Shown here piece by piece: positions 39,027 to 48,905 of a stretch of DNA of 64,000 nucleotides. The notes under the pieces are model-generated. The model searched no databases. It was not told the origin of the DNA and saw only the letters and a program-made list of their open reading frames with translations. Source of the stretch: Chloroflexota bacterium (GTDB lineage: Bacteria; Chloroflexota; Dehalococcoidia; Lucifugimonadales; UBA3495); assembly GCA_027623675.1 (NCBI GenBank), contig JAQBVF010000007.1, positions 56,272-120,271 on the forward strand, given 5' to 3'. The number at the start of each line of letters is the position of its first letter. Positions within the stretch are counted from its first letter, which is position 1. A program made the translations under genes and the position numbers.

Positions 39027-41117
39027 CTAACGACCGACTTCCGCCGCCATCCAAGCCAGGAATACTTCCACCGCCTCGGGGTCTTCCAATTGGTAGTCGG
39101 CCGAGGACAGCAGCTCCGGCGGCGCCATGCGGCGTCTGCCCATGACGGCAACGTTGCACCCGGTTAATCCCTCGGATTCACGAAGCAGGTCCAACATCTT
39201 GAATCCATCAACGTCGGTGATATCGTCGCCGAGCATTATCGCTGACTTGATCTTGTGTTCCTCAACGATTGACCTTAGCGCAGTCCCCTTTGTTATCTCA
39301 GTGGAGACTTGCATCTCGATCACCATGCTCCCCTCGTATCGGGTCAAACCCGCTGAATAGGGGCTCGTCTCGAAAAAACTCGATACGGCCTCGCGTGCCC
39401 CGGCACGGTCGATGGCCTGCCGATAGTGGACCGCAACTGAAAACGGTTTTTCTTCAATCACGATTCCAGAGATGCCGTTCAATGCGGATTTGGCCGCCCT
39501 GGCCAACCGGCGAAGGTCCCGGCTGGCAGCCGGAACATCGGTTGCGAAGGTAGTGGTTCCTTTTTCCCATACTTCGAGGCCGTGGCTTGCCTCGTAAATC
39601 ACGGAAGGCAGACCCACCAATGACCTCGCGCTTGCGACATCCCGCTCGGTAAGTATCACTACTGTGATGCGGTTGGCCAGCACTGATAGAGCCTGACGCA
39701 CCGCCGGAGAGATCCTGGCAAACCGGGGCGCCAAAGCGATGGGCGCCAGCGTGCCGTCGATTGAAGTGAACAGGGCTATCGGAGAACGCTTCAACATCTT
39801 TCTGATCTCACCCAGATTCTCCATCAGCGGCGCTGGCACCCGCACCCCGCCGCCTTCAGCCTCCTCGGCTTCTCGAATCAGAGTTTCCATCTCGAGGGCC
39901 CATGGATCAGCCGGCAGGATGATATCTTCGCCCGGGTCCGGTAACGTGGGCGCCGGCTGATCGACCGACGCTCCCGCCGTCTCCGTTTGGGCCGTAGGTT
40001 GATTTCCCCAATAGATCGTCCGATGGGGAAATGGAATCTCGATGCCCTCCCGGTCGAACTCTCGCTTGATCCGCCGCCGCAACTCCCCAGTTACCTCCCA
40101 TTGCCGGATGGGTTTGGTTACACCGGTGACCTTTATGGCGATCCCGGAATCGTCGAAGCTGTCCACCCTCAGGACCCGCAGCGGTTCGACAACAAGTTCG
40201 GAAAAATATGCGGCCGAGGAGAGGTCGACGCACACCCTATCGAGCACCCGGATGACGTGGTCTAGGTCCTCTTTGTAAGCGACGGAAACATTGAGGTTCA
40301 CCCGAGAGAAAGTCTTGGTATAGTTGCTCGCCGTGGTGATCTCTCCGTTGGGAATCATGTGCACGATGCCGTCCAGGTCGCGCAGGACCGTCCGACGTAG
40401 ACTGACAGCCTCGACCATGCCCGTTTTCCCCCCAACCGAAGCCACGTCACCCACCCGGTAATGGTCTTCCAAAAGGACAAAGGCCCCGGCGATCATGTCC
40501 CTAACCAAGTGCTGGGCACCGAAGCCGAGCGCGATGCCGACGATTCCGACACCGGCAAGCAGGGGAGCGAGATTGAAGCCAAACTCCGCCAGCAACATGA
40601 CCGTGGCGATCAGAATTACCACGGCGTTTACGGCATAAAGACTGAATTGGGCCAGAGAGTCGGCTCTTTTTAATGCTTCATCAAGCTCTATACCCGTCTT
40701 CCCTCTGGAAACACTCGTCCGAAACAATGGGGGCAGGACTCGGAAATTCACCCGGGTGATGAATATCACCACGATAACGATCAGCACCGAACGGACGAGG
40801 TGGGTGCCCATCCAGATCGCGGTATCCAGCCCGATCTCCTTCAGGCGGCTTTTCGCGATTGCCACGTCCGCGCCCAACTCAGCGGCGATGGCCAGCCCAA
40901 CCGCTGCCGCGATGACCGACCCCACCAGGAGCGCCGTCCACTTTCCGGCCGATTCCTCTTGGTCAATGAGCATTTCGACTAATCGGTCGCCACCAATACC
41001 CCGGGCAACCCTAGGCAAAAAACTCCGTATGCTGAGGTACAGCACCGCGAATCCAAGGATCCCGCCCACTACGGCGACGGTGATCCACAAGCCAGTGTCA
41101 AAAAACCAATCGTTCAT
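39027..41117 (-). CDS. MscS-family mechanosensitive channel fused to a trehalose-6-phosphate-phosphatase-like HAD domain
   Basis: GIALGFGAQHLVRD, YRVGD, IPNGEI, GIEIPFPHR (MscS); FTSIDGTLAPI, EEKPFSVAVHYR, KGTAL, GDDITDVDGF (OtsB-like). Confidence 0.88.
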   Translation of the reverse strand: MNDWFFDTGLWITVAVVGGILGFAVLYLSIRSFLPRVARGIGGDRLVEMLIDQEESAGKWTALLVGSVIAAAVGLAIAAELGADVAIAKSRLKEIGLDTAIWMGTHLVRSVLIVIVVIFITRVNFRVLPPLFRTSVSRGKTGIELDEALKRADSLAQFSLYAVNAVVILIATVMLLAEFGFNLAPLLAGVGIVGIALGFGAQHLVRDMIAGAFVLLEDHYRVGDVASVGGKTGMVEAVSLRRTVLRDLDGIVHMIPNGEITTASNYTKTFSRVNLNVSVAYKEDLDHVIRVLDRVCVDLSSAAYFSELVVEPLRVLRVDSFDDSGIAIKVTGVTKPIRQWEVTGELRRRIKREFDREGIEIPFPHRTIYWGNQPTAQTETAGASVDQPAPTLPDPGEDIILPADPWALEMETLIREAEEAEGGGVRVPAPLMENLGEIRKMLKRSPIALFTSIDGTLAPIALAPRFARISPAVRQALSVLANRITVVILTERDVASARSLVGLPSVIYEASHGLEVWEKGTTTFATDVPAASRDLRRLARAAKSALNGISGIVIEEKPFSVAVHYRQAIDRAGAREAVSSFFETSPYSAGLTRYEGSMVIEMQVSTEITKGTALRSIVEEHKIKSAIMLGDDITDVDGFKMLDLLRESEGLTGCNVAVMGRRRMAPPELLSSADYQLEDPEAVEVFLAWMAAEVGR

Positions 41118-41307
41118 ATATCGATGCTAAGGGCGCGGCAGAAGTACGGATGGTGAATAGGAAAACCGGGACGCCCACTCAATCTTATCAGGAATGGCGG
41201 CGTAGTAGATTCGGAGTAATCCACCACCTAATAAGCTTTCCAGGCAAGGCCCGTAGGGGATGATGGCAGGCTTCCGACGCAACAAAGCAGCCGAAAACGG
41301 CGAAGCC

Positions 41308-41350
41308 AAAAAAGGGGCATCTCGGTGGAATCGGGATGCCCCTTTTGTTT
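41308..41350. terminator. Terminator downstream of the LLM gene
   Basis: AAAAGGGGCATC..GATGCCCCTTTT with A/T tails on both sides. Confidence 0.75.
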
Positions 41351-41509
41351 CGCCCTGGTGTTTGTTGACCCCTGGAACCTGCCAGGCCCCATGGGAAAAC
41401 CGTGCCCCTTTTAACATTGGTAACCGCCACGGTATGCCTAACGCGTTTGCAGGCGCGTTCGAACTCCACCGCCACGATCACAAGGCACGACAGACCGCCG
41501 ATGCGCCGG

Positions 41510-42592
41510 TTACCCTACCCGCACGTTCTGGAACTCGGGCATCACGTCTTTGGCGAAGAGTTCGATCGACCGGATGACCTTCTCGTGGGGCAGGCCGGGG
41601 AACCCGAAGTTGCCGAACACGTGGTTGATCCCGGCGGCTTGGGTCGCCTTCAGGCGCTCGATAACCACCTCAGGCGTTCCCACCAGCGGCGGCAGTCCGG
41701 CGTGGCCAGGGTCGTCGCGGCGTTCCCGGTCTGCCTGGCGGTTGGACCAGTGTTCGTAACCGGGCGGTACGTTGCCATTCTTGTCGATGGGGGAGCCGAT
41801 GGCGCCGTTGTGGCCCTCGGACCGCAGGATCCGCGAGGAGAAGTTCTGCAGCTCGGCAGCGTCTCGTTCGGCCTCTTCCTGGGTCGGAGCAACGTAGATG
41901 CCCTTGGACATGGGCGGGTCCAGGTGCTCGTGGGGATAACCGTACTCTTCCATCTTGGCCCGCCAGGCCCTAACCACTTGGGGCGCCTGGCCCAGGATGT
42001 CGGTGGGGCCGCCGGCGATGACCTGGATCTGGTTCTTGGCCGCGAAGTCGATGCTGGCCGGAGAGGTGCTCACCGCCTGGAACAGCGGCGGATGGGGCTG
42101 CTGAATCGGCTTGGGCAGGACCCATAGGTCCTCCACATCGGTGAACTTACCTTTATAGGTTAGCGTTTCCTCGGTCCAGGCCTTCTTGATGACATCCACG
42201 GCTTCATAGAACCTTTCGCGGCTGGTGTTGATGTCGATGCCCAGTCCGTCGAATTCCTGCCGCTGGTAGCCGGAGCCGATGCCCAGGTTGAGGCGGCCAC
42301 CACTGATGACGTCGACCATCGCGGCTTCTTCCGCCACCAGGATGGGATTGTGCAGGGGCAGCACCACCACGGCGGTGCCGATGCGGATGTTCTTGGTGCG
42401 GCCGGCCACCATGCCGGCGAAGGACCAGATGCCCGACAGCAGGCCGTGGCGGGAGAAGCGGTGCTCCCCGAGCCAGACCTCGTCGATGCCAAGCTGGTCG
42501 GCCAGTTCTATCTGGGCCATGGCTTCATCGAGGGACTGCTGCTGCCCCTTGCTCTCGTGCCAAGGGACGATCGTGAAGATTCCAAACTTCAT
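41510..42592 (-). CDS. LLM-class flavin-dependent oxidoreductase
   Basis: WLGEHRF, PLHNPILVAEE, SGGRLNLGIGSG, PKPIQQPHPP. Confidence 0.93.
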   Translation of the reverse strand: MKFGIFTIVPWHESKGQQQSLDEAMAQIELADQLGIDEVWLGEHRFSRHGLLSGIWSFAGMVAGRTKNIRIGTAVVVLPLHNPILVAEEAAMVDVISGGRLNLGIGSGYQRQEFDGLGIDINTSRERFYEAVDVIKKAWTEETLTYKGKFTDVEDLWVLPKPIQQPHPPLFQAVSTSPASIDFAAKNQIQVIAGGPTDILGQAPQVVRAWRAKMEEYGYPHEHLDPPMSKGIYVAPTQEEAERDAAELQNFSSRILRSEGHNGAIGSPIDKNGNVPPGYEHWSNRQADRERRDDPGHAGLPPLVGTPEVVIERLKATQAAGINHVFGNFGFPGLPHEKVIRSIELFAKDVMPEFQNVRVG

Positions 42593-42825
42593 CTGCTTGT
42601 CTCCTTTGATTTAGGTGCCTCGTGATATGGGCGCCGTGGTATGTGTGCTCTGACGTGCCCGCGAATGTCCGGGTGCTTCTCGCATTCAGGCGCGTCTAGC
42701 CGGACTGGGTGGCGGGAACACAAAACGTTGGAGCAAGGATACACCGAGGCTGGTACGGGGGACAAGAATCGCTCGCCCTGGCCGGGATGAGCATGGAACT
42801 GCCGCGGATGGCGGGAAGCTTCAGT

Positions 42826-43767
42826 TTAGGCGGTTCCCGGCAAGGCCTCGCTGCTCAGGGGGACCTCGGCTTCCGAGGACCAGCCAAGCAGGCCGGCTAC
42901 GAAGTGAAATATGGCGTAAGTTTCAAGCCCGAACGGCGGGTAGCCCAGGTATCCCAGCAGAGGCATCTCGAAGATCCGGGCGAAATCCAGGTAGCCGATG
43001 TTGTATTCCCAGGCGACCGAGGCGTCCCTGTTCCACATCTCCCAGAAGAACCCGCAGACCAGCGCGCCCAGGCCGAACGCAACGATCATCCGGTAGTCGC
43101 CCTTCTTAACCTGGGAGATGATGCTGGGCCTGCCGGCCATATGGTTGATGGGGTCGAAGAAGAGGAAGAGGCTCACCCAGGTGAGAGGGAAGAGATAGGT
43201 AGGCCATACGAGCATGGCGGCCATGGATAGCACGCCGAGAACCGCCGTAAAAATGACCTGCCGCCGGCTGAGGACCAGGGCGCGCATCCGCTCGAACCGC
43301 TTGATAAAGCTGAATGAGCCGACAAGCTCTGACATTTCGAACACCACGGGAATCACCGTGGAGTAGGAAAGAGACGATTCAATGAGGTCAACTATGCCCC
43401 GGCCATTCTCCGTGGAGACATATATCCAATTCTGAGTGATCTCGTTGATGCCTTCAAATACCCACCAATAGGGCAGCAGGAACATCACCGCCACGATCCT
43501 GGGGCTGCGGACTATCAGCGACGTAGCCGTGCGGCGCAGCACCAGCCCATCGATAAACAGGATGAACCCCAGCCACAAAGGGAAAAACACGTTCTGACTG
43601 GTCTGCTGGGACAGCGGCCACGTGATGGCGATCAGAAGCAGGCCAACAAGGCCGCGGTACGGCAGGAAGTAGCGCTGCAACGGTTTTTCCCGCAAGGGGA
43701 TGCGCCGGACCGGAAGACGGCTGTCCTCGAAGCGCACTAGTCCTTTCATATCCAGCTTACTCAGCAC
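42826..43767 (-). CDS. Multi-pass membrane protein (hypothetical)
   Basis: About 8 hydrophobic segments; FFWEMWN, FEMPLLGYLGY. Confidence 0.75.
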   Translation of the reverse strand: MLSKLDMKGLVRFEDSRLPVRRIPLREKPLQRYFLPYRGLVGLLLIAITWPLSQQTSQNVFFPLWLGFILFIDGLVLRRTATSLIVRSPRIVAVMFLLPYWWVFEGINEITQNWIYVSTENGRGIVDLIESSLSYSTVIPVVFEMSELVGSFSFIKRFERMRALVLSRRQVIFTAVLGVLSMAAMLVWPTYLFPLTWVSLFLFFDPINHMAGRPSIISQVKKGDYRMIVAFGLGALVCGFFWEMWNRDASVAWEYNIGYLDFARIFEMPLLGYLGYPPFGLETYAIFHFVAGLLGWSSEAEVPLSSEALPGTA

Positions 43768-43875
43768 CTACTAAATCTCTCATAACCTTAATAAAAGGGC
43801 AATCGGAAGTTGGGCCGAATTACATGCCATTCGGCCCTCGTGCCCACCAGATGGAATCGGACCGGCGGGGCCGAT

Positions 43876-45285
43876 CTACCGGTCGAAGCCGGGTGGCCGC
43901 CGGGAATGCCACTCGGTGCCCTGCTCGTAGGCGTGCCCAGCCCGGAACACTGTGCCTTCGTCGAAGGGCCGTCCCGCGATCTGAAGGCCGATGGGCAGTC
44001 CAGTGGCGGTGAAGCCGCAGGGCACGCTCATGGCCGGCACGTTGGCCAGGCTGAACGTGGTGGCCAACAGCCACGGTATGCGGCTGCTCGCCGCTTTGCT
44101 GTCGATGGCCGGGTCCGGGCCCAGCGGTTGCGCCGCCACGCCCGTGGACGGAGATAGCAGCAGGTCCACACTATCCAGGGCGGCGATCACCTGGTCGCGG
44201 ACCATCGCCCGCAGCCGCAGGCCCTTGTAGTAGTAGGGCGAGGGCATGATGCTGCTGGCCAGGTAGGCGATGCGGTTGTCGTGGGCGATATCCTGGGGGC
44301 GGTCGCGCAGCAGGTCTTGGTAGGTTACGGGGGCTTCCACCCTGATCGCGCCGTTGATGGCCCCGGCATTGGCGGCCAACGGGATCGACAGTTCCTCCAC
44401 CCGAGCGCCCATGGCCCGCAGGGTGTCAGCAGCGTCCAGGATAGACCGGCGTATCTCCTCTTCAACCAGGCCGGTGTACAGCAGTTCGCGGACGATGCCG
44501 AACCTCAAACCCTTGATATCTCCAGTGAGGGCTTGCCGGTAATCGGGGACCGGCACAGAACTGCTCATCCTGTCTTTGGGGTCGTGGCCCGCGATCGCCG
44601 CCAGGGTGATGGCGCAGTCTTCCACGGTGCGTCCCAGAGGACCGATGGTGTCCATGGAACGGACTCCGGGCATGACCCCATAGCGGCTAACCCTGCCCCA
44701 GGTGGGACGGATGCCGGCCAGTCCGCACCAGGCCGCCGGAAAGCGCACCGAGCCGCCGGTGTCTTCGCCCAGCGACGAGGCGCACAGGAAAGCGGCGGTG
44801 GCGGCCCCCGAACCGCTGCTGGAACCACCGGTGGAACGTTCCAGGTCCCAGGGGTTCCGGGGCGGGTCGAACTGGTGGGAAAGGCCAGAGGTGGCGAACT
44901 CGGTCATATTCAACTTGCCCAGCACCACGGACCCCGCTTCTTTCAGTTTGACGATCACCGTTGCGTCTTCCGTCGGGTAGAAGTTGTTGAACACCGGCGA
45001 CCCTCCGGTGGTCAGGATGCCCTTGGTGTAGATCTGGTCCTTCACGGCAACGGGTAGGCCGTGCATGGGGCCACGGTGGTTCCCGGATGCGATCTCTTGC
45101 TCCGCGGTCTTGGCGGCTTGGATGGCGTCATCGGCGGTAACCGTCACGAAGGCCCGAAGCACACCGTCATGCGATTCGATGCGTTCCAGATATGCCTCCG
45201 TGGCCTCGACAGGAGAGACCTCTTTCACGGCGATCAAGCGGGATAATTCCGCTGCCGAGAGAAAGGGCAGGTCGGTTTTATTCAT
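43876..45285 (-). CDS. Amidase signature family protein
   Basis: VKD, GGSSSGSG, DTGGSVRFPA. Confidence 0.94.
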   Translation of the reverse strand: MNKTDLPFLSAAELSRLIAVKEVSPVEATEAYLERIESHDGVLRAFVTVTADDAIQAAKTAEQEIASGNHRGPMHGLPVAVKDQIYTKGILTTGGSPVFNNFYPTEDATVIVKLKEAGSVVLGKLNMTEFATSGLSHQFDPPRNPWDLERSTGGSSSGSGAATAAFLCASSLGEDTGGSVRFPAAWCGLAGIRPTWGRVSRYGVMPGVRSMDTIGPLGRTVEDCAITLAAIAGHDPKDRMSSSVPVPDYRQALTGDIKGLRFGIVRELLYTGLVEEEIRRSILDAADTLRAMGARVEELSIPLAANAGAINGAIRVEAPVTYQDLLRDRPQDIAHDNRIAYLASSIMPSPYYYKGLRLRAMVRDQVIAALDSVDLLLSPSTGVAAQPLGPDPAIDSKAASSRIPWLLATTFSLANVPAMSVPCGFTATGLPIGLQIAGRPFDEGTVFRAGHAYEQGTEWHSRRPPGFDR

Positions 45286-45301
45286 GCTATAAACCTACTT
45301 T

Positions 45302-45349
45302 AGAACTAGCCTGAGAACTAGCCTGAGAACTAGCCTGAGAACTAGCCTG
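45302..45349. repeat. 12-bp tandem repeat AGAACTAGCCTG x4
   Basis: Read directly, just upstream of the amidase start. Confidence 0.92.
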
Positions 45350-45436
45350 GCGATGGAATCACCGCATGATAGGTCGGCGGTGTTGGCCGGTCAACCGGCT
45401 TCCGGGGTTTCCATTATCGCTCTAGCGTTGATCTCG

Positions 45437-45540
45437 CCGCTCGTCCTGAGGCTCTCGAAGGACGCGCACCAGTCAGGTTCCTGGTCAAGAATAACTGGGT
45501 CCATCCACAGCGGTGGTTCGACGGGGCTCACCATGAGCGG
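45437..45540. repeat. REP-like imperfect inverted repeat
   Basis: CCGCTCGTCCTGAGGCTCTCGAAGGA ... TGGTTCGACGGGGCTCACCATGAGCGG. Confidence 0.65.
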
Positions 45541-45688
45541 TCCTCCTCTTTAATTTCCTCGACAATGGAAAGACCCCGTCAACCGGCCTCCGAAGTTCCT
45601 CAGGTTGTTCCGCGGGTTATAATGGGCCAACTTTCCGGGCCGACGGGGCGAACCCCGGGCAGGGCGATTCAGGGAAAGCAGGCCAGAT

Positions 45689-47068
45689 ATGCCAGAATCC
45701 ACGACCAAGATAGAACACGCCCGTTACATAGTTACCATGGACCCGGAGCGCCGCATCATCTCCGACGGCAGTGTGGTTGTCCAGGGAGACCGAATCTTGC
45801 AGGTCGGTAAGGCCGGCGAATCGGCCGGAATGGCGGCGGACCGGGTGATAGACGGCCGCGACATGGTCTTGGTGCCGGGGTTCGTCAACGGGCACATGCA
45901 CATCAGCTACGCCCACGCCACCAGGGGAATCTTCCCCGACGACCTGGGGTCGGCCTACCTGCCCAACGTGTTCAAACTCCAGGCGGTGATGACCGCGGAG
46001 GAGGAGTTCCACACCAGCCTGCTGGCAATCACCGAACTCCTCAAGTACGGCACCACCACCTTCTTGGACCCCGGCAGCACCAAGAATCTCGGCCGGTGCC
46101 TGGACGCCTACCGGCAGGCAGGGTGCCGAATCATCGTGGGCGCCCACGTGACCGACCGGCCCAACCCGTTGAACCTGCCGGTCTCGTCCACCGCCGACGC
46201 CATCAGCACAGTTGAAGCGACGCTCCAAGAGTTCGACGGACAGCTGGATGGCCGGGTCCGCGCCTGGGCCATGCCCTTCGCGCCCAATCTCTGCTCCGAT
46301 GAATTGCTCATCGCCTGCAAACGGCTGGCCGACCAGTACGGTACAGGGCTGACCCTGCATTACAATAACGGCGACAATTACGTGCAAACCAGCCTCAAAG
46401 AAACGGGGCTCCGGCCCACCCAGTATCTGGAGAAGCTGGGCATCCTGGGCGGAAACGTTACGCTGTCCCACATGCTTGGCGTGGACGAAAGCGAAGTTGA
46501 GACGCTGGCCCGCACCGGGACCAGGGCGGTGGTGGTGCCCACGGCGGCGGTCAAGGGCGGCGCGGGCATGACCCGATCCGGACTGCTCCCCGAAATGTTG
46601 GACGCGGGCATGACCGTGGGCATCGGCACCGACGCCGGCAACAACTCCAACATCCTGGAGACCAACCGGTCCATGTACCTGATCGCTGTGCTGTATAAGG
46701 ACGCACGGCAGGACTCCCGCGTCATCCCCGCCGAGACGGCCCTGGAGATGGCGACCATCCAGGGGGCCAAGGCTCTAGGTCTGGACCACGAGATCGGCTC
46801 GGTTGAGCCTGGCAAGAAGGCGGACCTGGTGCTCTACGACACCCGTAGCGCCGAATGGCAGACGCTGTTTAATCCGGTGAACAGCTTGGTCTACAATGCC
46901 GATGGCCGGAGCGTCCACACGGTGATGGTGGACGGCAAGGTCGTCGTGGAGGACCACAAGCCGCTGTTCGTTGACGAATGGGAGTTGGCCCAGAAGGTTC
47001 AGGGCATCGGCGAGGATATGCTAGCCCGGACCGGCCTTTCGTTCCCTTCCCGTTGGCCGATCATTTAA
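45689..47068 (+). CDS. Metal-dependent amidohydrolase (deaminase/chlorohydrolase-like)
   Basis: PGFVNGHMH, GTD, GSVEPGKKADLV. Confidence 0.9.
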   Translation: MPESTTKIEHARYIVTMDPERRIISDGSVVVQGDRILQVGKAGESAGMAADRVIDGRDMVLVPGFVNGHMHISYAHATRGIFPDDLGSAYLPNVFKLQAVMTAEEEFHTSLLAITELLKYGTTTFLDPGSTKNLGRCLDAYRQAGCRIIVGAHVTDRPNPLNLPVSSTADAISTVEATLQEFDGQLDGRVRAWAMPFAPNLCSDELLIACKRLADQYGTGLTLHYNNGDNYVQTSLKETGLRPTQYLEKLGILGGNVTLSHMLGVDESEVETLARTGTRAVVVPTAAVKGGAGMTRSGLLPEMLDAGMTVGIGTDAGNNSNILETNRSMYLIAVLYKDARQDSRVIPAETALEMATIQGAKALGLDHEIGSVEPGKKADLVLYDTRSAEWQTLFNPVNSLVYNADGRSVHTVMVDGKVVVEDHKPLFVDEWELAQKVQGIGEDMLARTGLSFPSRWPII

Positions 47069-47090
47069 CCAAGATATAGGGAGACATAAG

Positions 47091-47804
47091 ATGTCCCAAT
47101 TAGTTCTGATCCACGGGCCCGGCGCCGGCGGATGCGCCGCCGGTTTTCAATATCAATTGCAGCGCTTTCCAGGCAGCATCGCGCCCGAGTTGCCGGGGCA
47201 CCTGGATGGTGGAGAGTCGCTGTCCACCGTGGCCGAGTACACCGAGTGGCTGCACGTCTGGCTCCACGAGCGCGGCCACAACAAGGGCCTGGTCCTATCA
47301 GGGTTCACCCTGGGGGCCTGTATCGGGCTGCAATACGCCCTAGACTACCCGGACGAGGTGGCCGGGTTGGTGCTAATGACCATCGCCATGCGTCCCAAAC
47401 AGAGAGCGCCCGGCGGATTGGAATTCCGCCTCAACGCCGCCAAGGACGAGAAGGTACACAAGGAGTGGCTGGACGCCATGCGCCACACCCAGATGTTCAT
47501 CGACCCTAAATTGAGCGACCGGATGATCGAGTGTCACCGAAAGGTGGGGCCGCGGTCCCAATACAACGACCTGGTGACCATCGACAACTTCGATGTCCGG
47601 GACCGTATCGGCGAGTTGAAGGCCCCGCTGACATTGATCAGGGGCGTGGACGACCCCGGCAAGCCTGCTGAATACGAGTTGGAGATACACCAAGCGGTGC
47701 CCGGCTCCAAGTACATCAAGCTGGAGCAGGCCGGCCATTTCCCCATGGCGGAACGGCCCGATGACGTGAATGCAGCCATAGAAGAGATGATGGCCCGGGC
47801 GTAG
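47091..47804 (+). CDS. Alpha/beta hydrolase fold protein (Thr at the nucleophile position)
   Basis: LIHG, LPGH, GFTLGA, AGHFPMAE. Confidence 0.82.
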   Translation: MSQLVLIHGPGAGGCAAGFQYQLQRFPGSIAPELPGHLDGGESLSTVAEYTEWLHVWLHERGHNKGLVLSGFTLGACIGLQYALDYPDEVAGLVLMTIAMRPKQRAPGGLEFRLNAAKDEKVHKEWLDAMRHTQMFIDPKLSDRMIECHRKVGPRSQYNDLVTIDNFDVRDRIGELKAPLTLIRGVDDPGKPAEYELEIHQAVPGSKYIKLEQAGHFPMAERPDDVNAAIEEMMARA

Positions 47805-47931
47805 TAGTCATCCTCCGGCCTCGGGAGAGATTCTGACGATGAAGATTGTTGTTTCGAGAACCGGAGCGGGGACCGGCACTTTAAAGCACCTTCGGTCGAC
47901 AAACGGACTGACAAAGTTGGCGCGGCCGAAC

Positions 47932-48861
47932 TTAGACGTAGATTCCGGCGCCCGAAGAAGGAGAGTCGGAACTCTTGGCGGGGAGGTATTTCTGGTACCA
48001 GTCTAGGGTCTCTTTCATCACCTGACTGAAGGCCGGTTCTTTGTAGACCTCGTAGTGGCCGACCCCTTTCAGCATGACCAGCTTCTTGGGCTCGCCGGCG
48101 TGGGCGTATAGCTGCTCCGACTCCTCCGGCGGGACCAGCCGGTCGTCGTCGCTGGTGATGAACAAGATGGGCCGGGGGGAGATCTGGCCCACGATCCACT
48201 CCGGGTTGAAGCCGATGGTGTCGTCCACGTACTCCACGGGGATGGTTCCCACGGCGGCGGGGTTATTCCTCCGGGCGGCGGCGGCCAGTTCCGCCGACTG
48301 GCGGTCGGGCAGCAGTATGTCGGAGCGTTCCACCATCTCGGACCGGCCGGTCAGGGCCCGTTGCACGCGGTCCGACTTGGAATGTTCCAGCAGGTCGAAC
48401 CACTCGTCCATGCGCCGCACCCGGCTCATCCACCGGGCGCCGTGACCGATGCCCACCACGCTGACGATGCACTTGGCCCGCTTATCTACGGCCCCCACCC
48501 ATGACACTGTGGCGCCACCGTAGCTGGTGCCGTAGATACCGATGGCTTCTTCGTTGACCTCGGGCTGCACGCCCAGGAAGGTCATGGCAGCCTGAACGTC
48601 GGCCACCCGGCTGTAGGGCGCCAGACGGTTGGGGCTCTTTCCTTCGCTGTCGCCCCAACCCTTGTAGTCGAAGGTCATCACCACGTACCCGGCCTCATTC
48701 AGCACGCGGGCGTTGTCGGGCAGGTACAGGTCTTTAACGCCGGTGTAGCCGTGGCACAGGAGCACCGCCGAGCGTGCCTCTCCGGCGGCCAGGCCCTCTG
48801 GGGTGTAGACATCGCCGCAAAGTTTGAATCCCTCGCTGTAAAACTCAACCGCGCGTTTCAT
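47932..48861 (-). CDS. Alpha/beta fold hydrolase
   Basis: CHGY, FDYKGWGDSEG, GTSYGG, GHYE. Confidence 0.88.
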   Translation of the reverse strand: MKRAVEFYSEGFKLCGDVYTPEGLAAGEARSAVLLCHGYTGVKDLYLPDNARVLNEAGYVVMTFDYKGWGDSEGKSPNRLAPYSRVADVQAAMTFLGVQPEVNEEAIGIYGTSYGGATVSWVGAVDKRAKCIVSVVGIGHGARWMSRVRRMDEWFDLLEHSKSDRVQRALTGRSEMVERSDILLPDRQSAELAAAARRNNPAAVGTIPVEYVDDTIGFNPEWIVGQISPRPILFITSDDDRLVPPEESEQLYAHAGEPKKLVMLKGVGHYEVYKEPAFSQVMKETLDWYQKYLPAKSSDSPSSGAGIYV

Positions 48862-48905
48862 GTGATCGGCTCCTTTATGTTCCTTGCTGAGGGCTATTCG
48901 CCGGG

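Noticed and set aside
45302..45349. CRISPR array (also considered for 29401..29434 and 61061..61143)
   Set aside because: Short tandem units without unique spacers, and no cas genes
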